The notes under the pieces are model-generated. The model made no database searches. It was not told where the DNA came from and saw nothing but the letters and a program-made list of their open reading frames with translations. Positions 49,518-59,313 of a DNA stretch of 64,000 bases are shown here, piece after piece. Positions within the stretch are counted from its first letter, which is position 1. Every line of letters starts with the position of its first letter. The translations under genes were made by a program, and so were the position numbers. The stretch covers positions 9,338 to 73,337 of the forward strand of contig CBDBFU010000030.1 of assembly GCA_965205025.1 (NCBI GenBank), in the 5' to 3' direction. Source of the stretch: Candidatus Poribacteria bacterium (GTDB taxonomy: Bacteria > Poribacteria > WGA-4E > WGA-3G).

Positions 49518-52500
49518 ATGAATTTTCAAAGACACTGCAACCGTTATCTACAGCAAATACGTCAAACACAATCCGACCCGAATGCAACCCCTGAACTCTC
49601 TCTGCACCCGAACCTCCATGAATTCTTGGAAGATGTCACCAAAGACGTAGAATGTTTTGACAAACTCCACATGACATTTACACACGAACCGAGAAGCATT
49701 GATCAGATAGGACGGCCAGACTTTATCGTATCAGATGGATTGCTAACCATCGGCTATATTGAAGCGGAAGCAGACGGTACGGATTTAAACAACCTGACAG
49801 GACATGCCAGAGAACAAAATCAACGTTTTATAGAAAATCTTGATAACTTTATCCTTACCAATTTCGTTGACTTTCAGTTGTGGCGGGATGGACAACTACG
49901 CGCATCTGTACATATTGAACATGAAACTGAAAATTTAGAAACACTTTTAGAGCTGTTTCTAAACGCTGGGCATGTCCAAATCACCTCTCCAGAGACACTT
50001 GCAAAATACCTTGCAAGACGAACACGCGAACTACAAACGCAGATCGCAACGACACTCACCGATGAGGACAGTGAAACTTACAGAATGTTCAACGCGTTCA
50101 AGGAGACATTGCTCGCGACACTCACCCCTGACGATTTCGCGGATATGTATGCACAAACTCTCACGTATGGGTTATTTGCTGCACGCTGCACATTGCCAAA
50201 TGGTACAAATTTTTCACGGCACACTGCAGTCGGTACACTTCCGAGATCAAACCCGTTCCTCATAGAACTCTTTTATCACGTCGCCTCTCCGAGACTTGAG
50301 ACGAATGTCACGTATATTCTGGATGACATTGCCACGTTGCTTCAAAACGTCTCAACAGAAATGCTCCGCACCGCTTTCTCAGCAAATAATCATCTTGAAG
50401 ACCCAGTTATCCATTTTTACGAGACGTTCCTAAAAGAATACAATCCAGAACTCCGCTTTGATCGTGGAGTTTTTTATACACCGCCACAGGTTATCTCCTA
50501 CATTGTTCGCTCAGTGGATAGTCTACTTAAAACAGAACTCAACAGACCCGATGGACTTGCAGACGATAACACGCTTATCCTTGATCCTGCTACAGGTACG
50601 GGTGGATTCCTGTTGTCAGTACTTGACCACATCCGAGAACACGTCACAACCAATTACGGTACAGGTGATTGGACCCGATATATCAACACGCATCTTGTCA
50701 AACGGATCTTTGGGTTTGAACTGCTTGTTGCACCGTATACAATCGCGCATCTGAAGTTGAGCATGTTTCTGCAAGCACAAGGATGGAATACGAATGAACG
50801 ACTGGGAATTTATCTTACCAATGCATTGGAACAACCGGACGAAATGCAAGCACCCTTGCCTTTTGCTGCGTTTATCACTGACGAAGCGAATGCAGCGCTC
50901 GCCGTGAAACGGGACAAACCTATTCTCGCTATCCTCGGTAATCCACCTTATTCACGTCATTCTGCTAACCCAAGTCGTGATAGTAATGGTGAGTTAACTT
51001 TCATCGGCAACCTCATTGAGGATTACAAGCAGGTAGATGGAGAACCACTTGATGAAACAAACCCAAAAGCACTGCAGGATGACTATGTGAAGTTTATTCG
51101 GTGGGCACAGTGGCGAATTGATAAAAACGGTGAAGGGGTACTCGGTTATATTACCAATAATAATTTTCTCAACGCTTCTACCGTTCGGGGCATGCGCCAA
51201 AACATGTTAGACAGTTTCAACATTATCTATGTCCTCAATTTACACGGTAGTATCATAAAACAAGAAGATATTCCTGATGGAGAAGAAGACCAAAACGTAT
51301 TTGAAATAGGGGTCGGTGTTTCTATTCTGCTATGTGTCAAAAAACTTGACAATCCTACACCTGCAAAGGTATATTACGCAGATATATGGGGAAGTCAAGA
51401 AGAGAAATACAGAATACTCTCGGAAACCGATGTACAATCTACGGACTGGTGTGAGTTACACCCCGAATCTCCCTACTACCTTTTTGTGCCGCAAGGAACA
51501 GACAACAGGGCTGAATATGATGATGGATGGAAAATTGATGACATCTTTCAAGTCAGTTCAATTGGTATTGTCACCGCGCGAGATAAATTAACAATTCATC
51601 GAACTGCTGAAGCGGTTCGCGAAACCGTAACCGATTTTGTCTCACTCTCTGTAGAAGAAGCGCGGGAGAGGTACAAATTACGCCAAGATAATCAGGATTG
51701 GCAGGTTCACCGTGCTCAGACTGATCTCCGTAATAATCCCGATGCTGAACAACACATAACGCCAATTTTCTATCGTCCATTTGACACACACTGGACCTAC
51801 TATACCGGAAATTCGCGCGGATTTCATTGTAGACCTCGACCAGAAGTAATGCCACATTTGCTCTCCGAAAACCTCGCCTTATGTGTCTGCCGCATTGTCA
51901 AAAGTCCAATATGGCAACATGCTTTGATTATCAATAAGATCACCGAAAATTGTTATATCTCAAACACAACCAGTGAATCTGGACATGTATTCCCACTTTA
52001 CTTGTATCCAAAATCAGAAGGTTTAGGACTTGACACAGAACGTGAACTCAATTTCAAACCCGAATTTCTCACAGCACTCTCGGAGGCGTTGGGATTACCG
52101 CAGACTGCACCGTTTGGACTTCCTGAAGATGTTACACCAGAGGAAATTCTCGCTTATATATATGCTGTGCTTTATAGTTCAACTTACCGTGAACGGTATT
52201 ATGAGTTTCTAAAATACGATTTTCCGCGTATCCCTTTAACGCAGGATATTGATTACTTCCGCAAACTCGCAGCGTTAGGGCAGGAATTAATTGATCTGCA
52301 TCTCATAAAAGATAGGAACATACCGCATCAACATCGGTTTGAGGGTGAAGGGGATGCCGTTGTCTCAAAGGTTCGTTATGAAGATGGTAGTGTTTGGATT
52401 AATGCTACGGAGCATTTTACGAATGTGCCTGTGGAAGTATGGGGATATGAGATTGGGGCGTATCAGGTATGTGAGAAGTGGCTAAAAGATCGGCGCGGAG

Positions 52501-52604
52501 AAGCGTTAAGTCATGCGGAGGTGCGTCAGTATCAGTCTATTTTGGTTGCTGTTGCGGAGACGCTGCGGGTTGTGAGTGAGATTGATGGAGTGCTTGAGTT
52601 TTAA
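49518..52604 (+). CDS. Single-chain restriction-modification enzyme (Type IIG / type ISP C-terminal-like), N6-adenine MTase
   Basis: N-terminal RPDF...GYIEAE nuclease-like region; GVFYTP, DPATGTG and GNPPY MTase motifs; YRPFD and DFPRIP specificity domain. Confidence 0.9.
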   Translation: MNFQRHCNRYLQQIRQTQSDPNATPELSLHPNLHEFLEDVTKDVECFDKLHMTFTHEPRSIDQIGRPDFIVSDGLLTIGYIEAEADGTDLNNLTGHAREQNQRFIENLDNFILTNFVDFQLWRDGQLRASVHIEHETENLETLLELFLNAGHVQITSPETLAKYLARRTRELQTQIATTLTDEDSETYRMFNAFKETLLATLTPDDFADMYAQTLTYGLFAARCTLPNGTNFSRHTAVGTLPRSNPFLIELFYHVASPRLETNVTYILDDIATLLQNVSTEMLRTAFSANNHLEDPVIHFYETFLKEYNPELRFDRGVFYTPPQVISYIVRSVDSLLKTELNRPDGLADDNTLILDPATGTGGFLLSVLDHIREHVTTNYGTGDWTRYINTHLVKRIFGFELLVAPYTIAHLKLSMFLQAQGWNTNERLGIYLTNALEQPDEMQAPLPFAAFITDEANAALAVKRDKPILAILGNPPYSRHSANPSRDSNGELTFIGNLIEDYKQVDGEPLDETNPKALQDDYVKFIRWAQWRIDKNGEGVLGYITNNNFLNASTVRGMRQNMLDSFNIIYVLNLHGSIIKQEDIPDGEEDQNVFEIGVGVSILLCVKKLDNPTPAKVYYADIWGSQEEKYRILSETDVQSTDWCELHPESPYYLFVPQGTDNRAEYDDGWKIDDIFQVSSIGIVTARDKLTIHRTAEAVRETVTDFVSLSVEEARERYKLRQDNQDWQVHRAQTDLRNNPDAEQHITPIFYRPFDTHWTYYTGNSRGFHCRPRPEVMPHLLSENLALCVCRIVKSPIWQHALIINKITENCYISNTTSESGHVFPLYLYPKSEGLGLDTERELNFKPEFLTALSEALGLPQTAPFGLPEDVTPEEILAYIYAVLYSSTYRERYYEFLKYDFPRIPLTQDIDYFRKLAALGQELIDLHLIKDRNIPHQHRFEGEGDAVVSKVRYEDGSVWINATEHFTNVPVEVWGYEIGAYQVCEKWLKDRRGEALSHAEVRQYQSILVAVAETLRVVSEIDGVLEF

Positions 52605-52669
52605 GCAATCTAATACAACGTAGGTATGTTTTGTGTCAACATGGCGAATTTTGACAATTTGTTTTTGTG

Positions 52670-52858
52670 AATAGAAAAAGTGTTAATATTTATTGTTCGA
52701 ATATGATCACACTTTCACGGAAACCTTCACGGAGCAATTTTACCAACCCTTATGCTATAAGGGTTTATAATTTTAACTATACCAATTCTCCGTGAATCAC
52801 ATATGCTAATAATTTATTAACTAAAGTGTGAATGGAATGCATTTTTGGTTTCATCTGA
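52670..52858 (+). repeat. ~190-bp structured repeat, copy 1 (inverted partner at 54141-54333)
   Basis: Colinear match to the reverse complement of 54141-54333. Confidence 0.88.
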
Positions 52859-53050
52859 TACCATTTCTACAAATGTTTACGTAATAAGTAGTTGAATACT
52901 TTGCCGTTGTTTCACATGTATCCTATGTTATAGTTATACCGTAAAAGCAAGTGCAATGCTTTTTTTAAATTTAACACCCGATTGTTTTTTATGAGGGATT
53001 ATGGTATAATGTAAAGTAAAGTGTCATGTCACACTAAAGAGGAGGAAAAA

Positions 53051-53326
53051 ATGAATGAAAACAATGTAACTCTCGATGCAATTCGGGAGGTAGTTGAAAA
53101 AGCGTTAGAAACTATTGAACAAAGGCTCGAAACTATTGAAGAAGCAGTGAAATCTAATCGGTTGGCAATTGAAGAAAACAGACAGGCAATTGAAGAAAAC
53201 AGACAGGCAATTGAACGCAATAGAATAGCCATAGAACAGAATAGAATAACCATACTACGAAATAGAGAAGAAATTAAGAGTGTTTGTAAAGTGGTTGAAG
53301 CTACGTTGTCTGATAAAGCAGCGTAA
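53051..53326 (+). CDS. Small coiled-coil protein with IEENRQA heptad repeats
   Basis: RBS GAGGAGG; TGGTATAAT upstream; 21-bp exact DNA duplication; terminator downstream. Confidence 0.7.
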   Translation: MNENNVTLDAIREVVEKALETIEQRLETIEEAVKSNRLAIEENRQAIEENRQAIERNRIAIEQNRITILRNREEIKSVCKVVEATLSDKAA

Positions 53327-53355
53327 TTAAATATCTTTTATCCTACAATAATTCT

Positions 53356-53396
53356 AAAAAGGAGGAAAGTGTAGATTTTACACCTTTCTCCTTTTT
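53356..53396 (+). terminator. Intrinsic terminator
   Basis: aaaaaGGAGGAAAGTGTA-gattt-TACACCTTTCTCCttttt (imperfect stem). Confidence 0.65.
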
Positions 53397-53407
53397 ATTT
53401 TAGAAAA

Positions 53408-53700
53408 TTAAGAAATCCCAAAAAAGACTAATTCCGTAGCAAAGTCTGTTCTGTTTTGCGTAAAGGTATCACCGATAAGTCGTCCAAACTGCCATAATGT
53501 TCCATCGGTGACAATGCCGTACACGGGTAAGGCTCCACCGTCGTTCACTTTTCCAGCCTTTATTTTTTGGGCAGCGACTAACTCTGCCAAACATTAACCC
53601 CACCCCTGCTCAAAGTCGTTTTTCTTCGCCTCAACAAGCAGTATCAACGGACTTCCAACAACGGTTTTGCCTAATTCAGATTTAGTAGAGATAAAATAGT
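53408..53700 (-). pseudogene. Fragment of a PD-(D/E)xK restriction-endonuclease-like protein
   Basis: LLVEAKKNDFEQGWG*CLAELVAAQ...VYGIVTDG.LWQF with an in-frame TAA and a truncated N-terminus. Confidence 0.7.
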
Positions 53701-53852
53701 ATTGTTTTAAAATCGCTAGACGCCATGATATTATTCTCTATTCAAGCAGAACATCTGTAAATCGCGTCTATAAAATCAAGGTAGGAATGTATTAAATTAA
53801 CAAATTTTCAAGGTTTTTCAATTGCCACTTCTTAGCATTTCTCATTTAGATC

Positions 53853-53879
53853 GTAGGGACGGGGTTTCCCCGTCCCTAT
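53853..53879. repeat. GTAG-REP hairpin
   Basis: GTAGGGACGGGG-TTT-CCCCGTCCCTAT. Confidence 0.8.
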
Positions 53880-54140
53880 ATTATGGTATAATAAGCCAGA
53901 CCAGATAATTCGTGATTCCAGACAAATAACTGTATACTGAATAACCGAAACAATTTTGTTGCACCAATTTGTTGTCTTAGGTGTATTATGGTATATGTGT
54001 TAGGTCGGTAGTTTTAGAAATGAGTTATCAACAGATTTAAAACTTTTGTTTGTTCCGGGAGCGTAGATCATTATTATACCCCTGACCTTGAGCGATTTTT
54101 CTTTCATAGGAAATATGGTAACTACCCAGTATATTTATAA

Positions 54141-54333
54141 TCAGATGAAAGCCAAAGATGCATTTCGTTCACACTTTAGTTAAACAAATATTAACGTATG
54201 TAATTCACGGAGAATTGGTATAGGTAAAATTATAAACCTTTATAGAATAAGGGTTCGTAGAATTGCTCCGTGAAGGTTTCCGTGAAAGTGCGATCATCTC
54301 AGAACAACAAATATTAACACTTTTTTCAATTTA
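54141..54333 (-). repeat. ~190-bp structured repeat, copy 2 (inverted)
   Basis: Reverse complement aligns with 52670-52858. Confidence 0.88.
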
Positions 54334-54378
54334 CATTATCCATACATCATTATTATATTTTAAAAGGAAGAGATAGAT

Positions 54379-55062
54379 ATGTTCAAAGAATTAGATGGAA
54401 GAATAATCATTGGTGGAATTATCATGGCAGTTCTTATCATAGGTGGTATCTTCGTATACTCTCAATGGAGTTATAATCGTTTTGCCGATGAGATTGGAGA
54501 GACACCACAATCTCAACCTACAGTAGCAAATAAAAACAATCCTACAAGTACTGAGATTATGCAAAAACCCAATAAAGCAAAAACCATTTCTGATGATAAA
54601 AACCAACCGATAAAAGAGATCCCGCAAAATCTCTCTATTGAAGAAAAACAGATCTCAGAAGAAAATAGTGACACATCTACACCTACTACCGATTTTGATC
54701 CGACACAACTCCTATCCGCATTTGGTATGCCAGAAGAAGTCACGACACTCCTTGATGAAAATTCTGAGGAAGGAGAGTTCGAACAGGCAGAGGAACATAT
54801 AAAAGAAAAATTTGGTCAATCTCCAGCAGTTGAAGCTATAATAGACCAATTGAAAAATATGTCTGGTCGTCCGGTAGAACTCAATGAGCTAACCGCACTC
54901 TTTGAAGCATGGATTCAGGTTTTACCTGAGGAAGAGCAAAAAACTCGTCGACAATTAATGAATGCCATATCGCAACTGAATCAGTTAAAAGAGTTAGGTG
55001 GTGATGAGGTCCCTACTATAATAGCTATTGAGGTCGGTGAAACGGGGAATGCGGATAAATAG
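54379..55062 (+). CDS. Membrane-anchored acidic hypothetical protein
   Basis: N-terminal TM helix, low-complexity linker, helical C-terminus. Confidence 0.7.
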   Translation: MFKELDGRIIIGGIIMAVLIIGGIFVYSQWSYNRFADEIGETPQSQPTVANKNNPTSTEIMQKPNKAKTISDDKNQPIKEIPQNLSIEEKQISEENSDTSTPTTDFDPTQLLSAFGMPEEVTTLLDENSEEGEFEQAEEHIKEKFGQSPAVEAIIDQLKNMSGRPVELNELTALFEAWIQVLPEEEQKTRRQLMNAISQLNQLKELGGDEVPTIIAIEVGETGNADK

Positions 55063-55303
55063 AATACTGTTTTCTCCTTCTTCATATATTACGACGTAAT
55101 CCATGAGTATACCCACCTTATTCATTAAGCCCCGCTTGTTTAAGCACTTTTTTCAACGTCCCAATGCGCACATCTGATCCAGGTTTTCCAGAAACTGTTA
55201 CAATACCCTTTTTTGTTAGGTGCTTAAAATGTCTATGACTCCCTTTCCTTCTCACTAAAATCCATCCTTCGTATGTTATGTAATAATACCCTCTTTTATG
55301 CAT
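55060..55303 (-). pseudogene. hicA: hicAB toxin-antitoxin remnant
   Basis: GWILVRRKGSHRHFKH...GIVTV...GTLKKVLKQAGL (HicA with aberrant N-terminus); stub MDYVVIYEEGENS from 55104 is HicB-like and truncated. Confidence 0.75.
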
Positions 55304-55453
55304 TATTACAAGACATTGATCAGTTTTATTCAGTCTTATGTTCCTTAATTTACCTTGCTTGGTAAGAGAAATATTGTAAACACTTGGTAGTTATGATAAT
55401 CTTGTAGTAAATAATGAATATTCAAGTGTCATAGTGATGAACTTAGTTTATCT

Positions 55454-55832
55454 TGTAGGTTGGGTTGAACCGCTGGTGAAATCCAACATTCCTGTATACC
55501 CAACCTGAACCGAAGAAGTCGGGTTTCGCAAACTCAACCTAACTTATACCATTTCTAATTGAAAATGTCTCTTTTTTGTTCCACAAACTTTATGAGGATT
55601 AAGTTTTAAATTCGGTAATTCCCATTTTCCCAAACTCGGTAGGTTCGGTTTCCTAACCGAACCGAATTTCTAACACATTACCGAATTATTATTTTAATCC
55701 TCATTCAGTTTGTGACCTGAAAAATGACCACCATAATAACCGTCTAATGAGACAATAATTTATAGAAATAGTATTACAAGACAAACTCTAAGTAACACAC
55801 ATTAACAAGAAATTCTTAAAACTAAATAACCG
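55454..55832. mobile_element. Nested composite: REP-doublet element interrupted by MITE-B (55547-55773), which itself contains element 55592-55704 with a GTAG-REP
   Basis: TIRs TACCATTTCT/AGAAATAGTA with TTA duplication; inner TIR ATGAGGATTAA; uninterrupted homologue at 62968-63098. Confidence 0.85.
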
Positions 55833-55948
55833 TAGTTATTTGTAGTTGATTAAATGAGTATATCGTTTATCATGGTATCAACATAGAATGTGAAATATAA
55901 CTCTTCAAATAAGACTAAATACTTAATACTATACGAATTTAAAATATC

Positions 55949-58900
55949 ATGAATGAAGCGAAATCTAAAAAAAGAATTAGGATTTTAGTTGATACATCAC
56001 GTGATACCGGTTGGTCGAACGGTTTAATCCATGTTAAACCCCACAAAATCTATCAGGCAACTAACAACCAAGATTATATTAAAGAAACAGTACTGAGAAA
56101 TTATGATGTACTGACAATTTGCAACAATACACAACTAAAATACACCAAAACTGAACTTAAACTAATACACGATTTTGTAGAAAATGGCGGAGGACTACTC
56201 TTAGCAAGCAGCACAAGTCGGTTTAAAAGAGATGTCCGTGAACCAATTACAGAAATGGGAATTAATGACATTGCATCACAATTTGGGGCAAAGTTTCTAT
56301 CGTTACCAGAAGGACAAGGAGAACTGGATTCAGATGCGAACCCATTACGGGGATATACAAAGAGAGTCATTAGTTTAACTGACCACGAAATTACACATGG
56401 ATTGGGAATTGATGATCTTGGACTCACATATTGCGGTATTTTGGATAACCCGTCAGATGGAAAAGTTTTCCTACAACATAATGTAACGAAAAACCCAATT
56501 GGTTTATGTCTACAGTATGGATCGGGACGAGTCCTAATGATAAACACACAACTTTTTCAACAGGAAAACCACCTTGTATCAACACAATTCCTTGATTGGT
56601 TGGGTATCAATCGTATCTCTCTAACAAAAGGTACGGAGACAATTCCTGATGAAATTCCAATTGAAGAACACATCAGAGAGGATGAAAATATAAGCATATT
56701 CTATACAGACTTTGTTGCGAACCGAGTAGATACATGTATGGTGTTTGCCAAACAACTTGCAGAGGATATGGTTTCAAAATTCCCTTTGAGCAAGGAATTA
56801 AATTGGAAGATTCATCTTGTTCCATCCTGTACACATGATTATGGTGGAGAGGATTCGGTGATGACAATCGGGGGATGTGTTGACACCTCAAGACTCGCCT
56901 ATTCTCTTGGAGTTGAGGCAAGTGATTTGATCGCGCATATTACGCCATTTTCTGTGGTAATGGATGTAATGTTTGACGGATACCCATTCTTATTTGGTAT
57001 CTGGGGCATGAAGATTCTTGGGTTTGAGCAGGAAGCTGCAGTTATGCTCTCTCATGTAGAGCAACAATTTCGTGAAAATCCACAGAATCTGAACACAATT
57101 GACATAGCAAGGATTTATGATAAAAGATCTCTTAAACCAATTTGGATTCTGATGAAGTTAGTCGAGAGATATGGTGAAGATATATTCATCAAATTGGCTG
57201 TAAACAGAAGTGAAACTGATGAGAATATGCCACGCACAACATTTTCATGGATCGATTCACTAATCTATTTCATCAGTAGGGCTGTGGATGAAGACTTATT
57301 TCCTTGGTTTGAAGAGATTAGCACGACTGTCCACCCTCTACCTTTATTACCGGCAGACAGTGAGGAATTTGTTGAAGAAGTACGCTCATACCTTACCAGT
57401 ATTATAGGGGATTCAACCATTGACACCAGTGAAAGAATGAATGCAATTGAGAGTCTTTGTGAGATCGCAGATGAAAATCAGAGAAGTACACAGGAATTAT
57501 GTGCTAAGCTTAATGTTGAGGATCGATACGAACAACTCATTGCTTCTATTGAACTAATTAAGAAAGTCGATAATCGAGGTGTTACTACACTTGAAAAATT
57601 AGCAGTTAAAACGGAGGATGATGGATTCAATGCAATTGCTCTACTGAACTTAGTTAAGCACGGTATTAATGGTGATTATGTAGATCAACTCATTGAACTT
57701 GCTACCAACGAAGATTTTAATTACCAACTTGAAACTGGATACTTACTGGCAAAACTTGCTCATCCTGATGCACAGAAATTCTCTTATGATAAACTTACAG
57801 ATGAGAATGATGAACCAATCCTAAGGTTTGAGACACACCACGATAAAGACCTAAATATCTATGCTTCGATAGATGGTTACCGTATTGCAATGTGTCATAC
57901 AACCCTCTCTACCCACCATTTTCCTGATTACACACCTGTACCTGGAACCTATGTAACATGGTTACATACCAAACCACAATTTCGACGAAAGGGATTGGCG
58001 CGGTTATTGTTGAATGCCACATTATCTCATGAATTGGTACATCGTCACTCATGCATATCTCTACGAACATCAACACGCAACACCGCACATGCTATGTATA
58101 GGGATCTTGGGTTCGTTGATGGACAAATCACCTCAGTGTATACAAATACATTACACTCCGAACAGACTAAAGTGGTTGATGGTATAGTAATTCGACCTTA
58201 CAGGGATGGGGATGAAATACCGATGGAGAATGTGCGTAATACGTTCTACACTGACACGCTTAACAGCAGACCCCGACCTGCGAAACGACACAGAATATCG
58301 GACACACAATTTATTTATATTGCAGAGATGGATGGAAAGGTTCTTGGGTATGTTAAGGTTCAATGTAATGAGGAAGCAAAGACAGTCTTATTCAAGGAAT
58401 TCTGTCTAATACCTAATTCGGATGATAGCTCCACATCTCCATCCGGATCTTGCGAAGAAATTGGGGCAATGCTCCTATGTACATTACACAACGAACTGGT
58501 CAAACGGGAATATACAAAGATTAGTTGGTATTTAGATGGAGAAGAAAAAAAGGATTATATCAGGAAATTGTTCAGCAATTCTGGATATACCTTAGCGGAT
58601 ACGGATTGGGTTTGGATGTTTAAGATTATCAATCTACCGATGCTCCTTAGAGAACTAACACCATTACTCGAAAAACGGTTGAGGGAGAGTGATATATTCA
58701 AAGATTGGCAAGGGACAATTGGATTTAAAGGCACGGCACATCAAGCAAGTCTTAAAATAAAGGATGATATAATTCATGTATCTAAAGATATTTTACCAAA
58801 GACTGGAATATCTGTATCTACAGATGATGACACACTAACCCGTTTCATTTTAGGAGTTTTCACACCTTACGATGCATATCTACAGAATCAATTGCATATT

Positions 58901-58960
58901 GAACCAACTGTCAACAGATCGGTAGCAGGATTGTTGGAAACCCTTTTCCCTAAACAGTAG
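55949..58960 (+). CDS. Large multidomain GNAT acetyltransferase (GATase-like N-domain, helical repeats, GNAT-GNAT-SCP2 Eis-like C-terminus)
   Basis: 'LIHDFVENGGGLLL' class-I GATase-like pattern; FRRKGLAR and AHAMYRDLGF GNAT motifs; SCP2-like tail. Confidence 0.7.
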   Translation: MNEAKSKKRIRILVDTSRDTGWSNGLIHVKPHKIYQATNNQDYIKETVLRNYDVLTICNNTQLKYTKTELKLIHDFVENGGGLLLASSTSRFKRDVREPITEMGINDIASQFGAKFLSLPEGQGELDSDANPLRGYTKRVISLTDHEITHGLGIDDLGLTYCGILDNPSDGKVFLQHNVTKNPIGLCLQYGSGRVLMINTQLFQQENHLVSTQFLDWLGINRISLTKGTETIPDEIPIEEHIREDENISIFYTDFVANRVDTCMVFAKQLAEDMVSKFPLSKELNWKIHLVPSCTHDYGGEDSVMTIGGCVDTSRLAYSLGVEASDLIAHITPFSVVMDVMFDGYPFLFGIWGMKILGFEQEAAVMLSHVEQQFRENPQNLNTIDIARIYDKRSLKPIWILMKLVERYGEDIFIKLAVNRSETDENMPRTTFSWIDSLIYFISRAVDEDLFPWFEEISTTVHPLPLLPADSEEFVEEVRSYLTSIIGDSTIDTSERMNAIESLCEIADENQRSTQELCAKLNVEDRYEQLIASIELIKKVDNRGVTTLEKLAVKTEDDGFNAIALLNLVKHGINGDYVDQLIELATNEDFNYQLETGYLLAKLAHPDAQKFSYDKLTDENDEPILRFETHHDKDLNIYASIDGYRIAMCHTTLSTHHFPDYTPVPGTYVTWLHTKPQFRRKGLARLLLNATLSHELVHRHSCISLRTSTRNTAHAMYRDLGFVDGQITSVYTNTLHSEQTKVVDGIVIRPYRDGDEIPMENVRNTFYTDTLNSRPRPAKRHRISDTQFIYIAEMDGKVLGYVKVQCNEEAKTVLFKEFCLIPNSDDSSTSPSGSCEEIGAMLLCTLHNELVKREYTKISWYLDGEEKKDYIRKLFSNSGYTLADTDWVWMFKIINLPMLLRELTPLLEKRLRESDIFKDWQGTIGFKGTAHQASLKIKDDIIHVSKDILPKTGISVSTDDDTLTRFILGVFTPYDAYLQNQLHIEPTVNRSVAGLLETLFPKQ

Positions 58961-58999
58961 GAAATGTCATATTAAAATTACCAATTTGTTGGTATAATA

Positions 59000-59116
59000 A
59001 CGTGATTTTGATAATAGGAATATGAACATCATTTTCTCAAATATTACTTCTATAGACATGGTAGGAGCGGTTTCTAACCGCTCCGAATATAATAATTTGA
59101 GTTTTCACACTCACGT
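59000..59116. mobile_element. MITE family A copy
   Basis: ACGTGATTTTGATAA...CTCACGT; internal GTAGGAGCGGTTTCTAACCGCTCC. Confidence 0.82.
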
Positions 59117-59118
59117 TA

Positions 59119-59268
59119 AACTAAGTTGCTACTAACGGATTTTGATCGTTTCAACACAGTTTTTTAACACTTTCCCCACCCCAGAGGGGTGATATGTCTA
59201 TAGAAAGGTGTATCAATATCCTGCACTCCAGCGGAGTGCTATGTAAGTAAATAGGTGGTAACTTGGGT
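59119..59268. mobile_element. Adjacent MITE-like element with imperfect TIRs carrying two triloop hairpin repeats
   Basis: AACTAAGTTGCTAC...GTGGTAACTTGGGT; hairpins CACCCCAGAGGGGTG and GCACTCCAGCGGAGTGC. Confidence 0.6.
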
Positions 59269-59313
59269 TAAATAATAAACGTTCTTCTACTTTTATCTCT
59301 TAGGAGTATTGTA

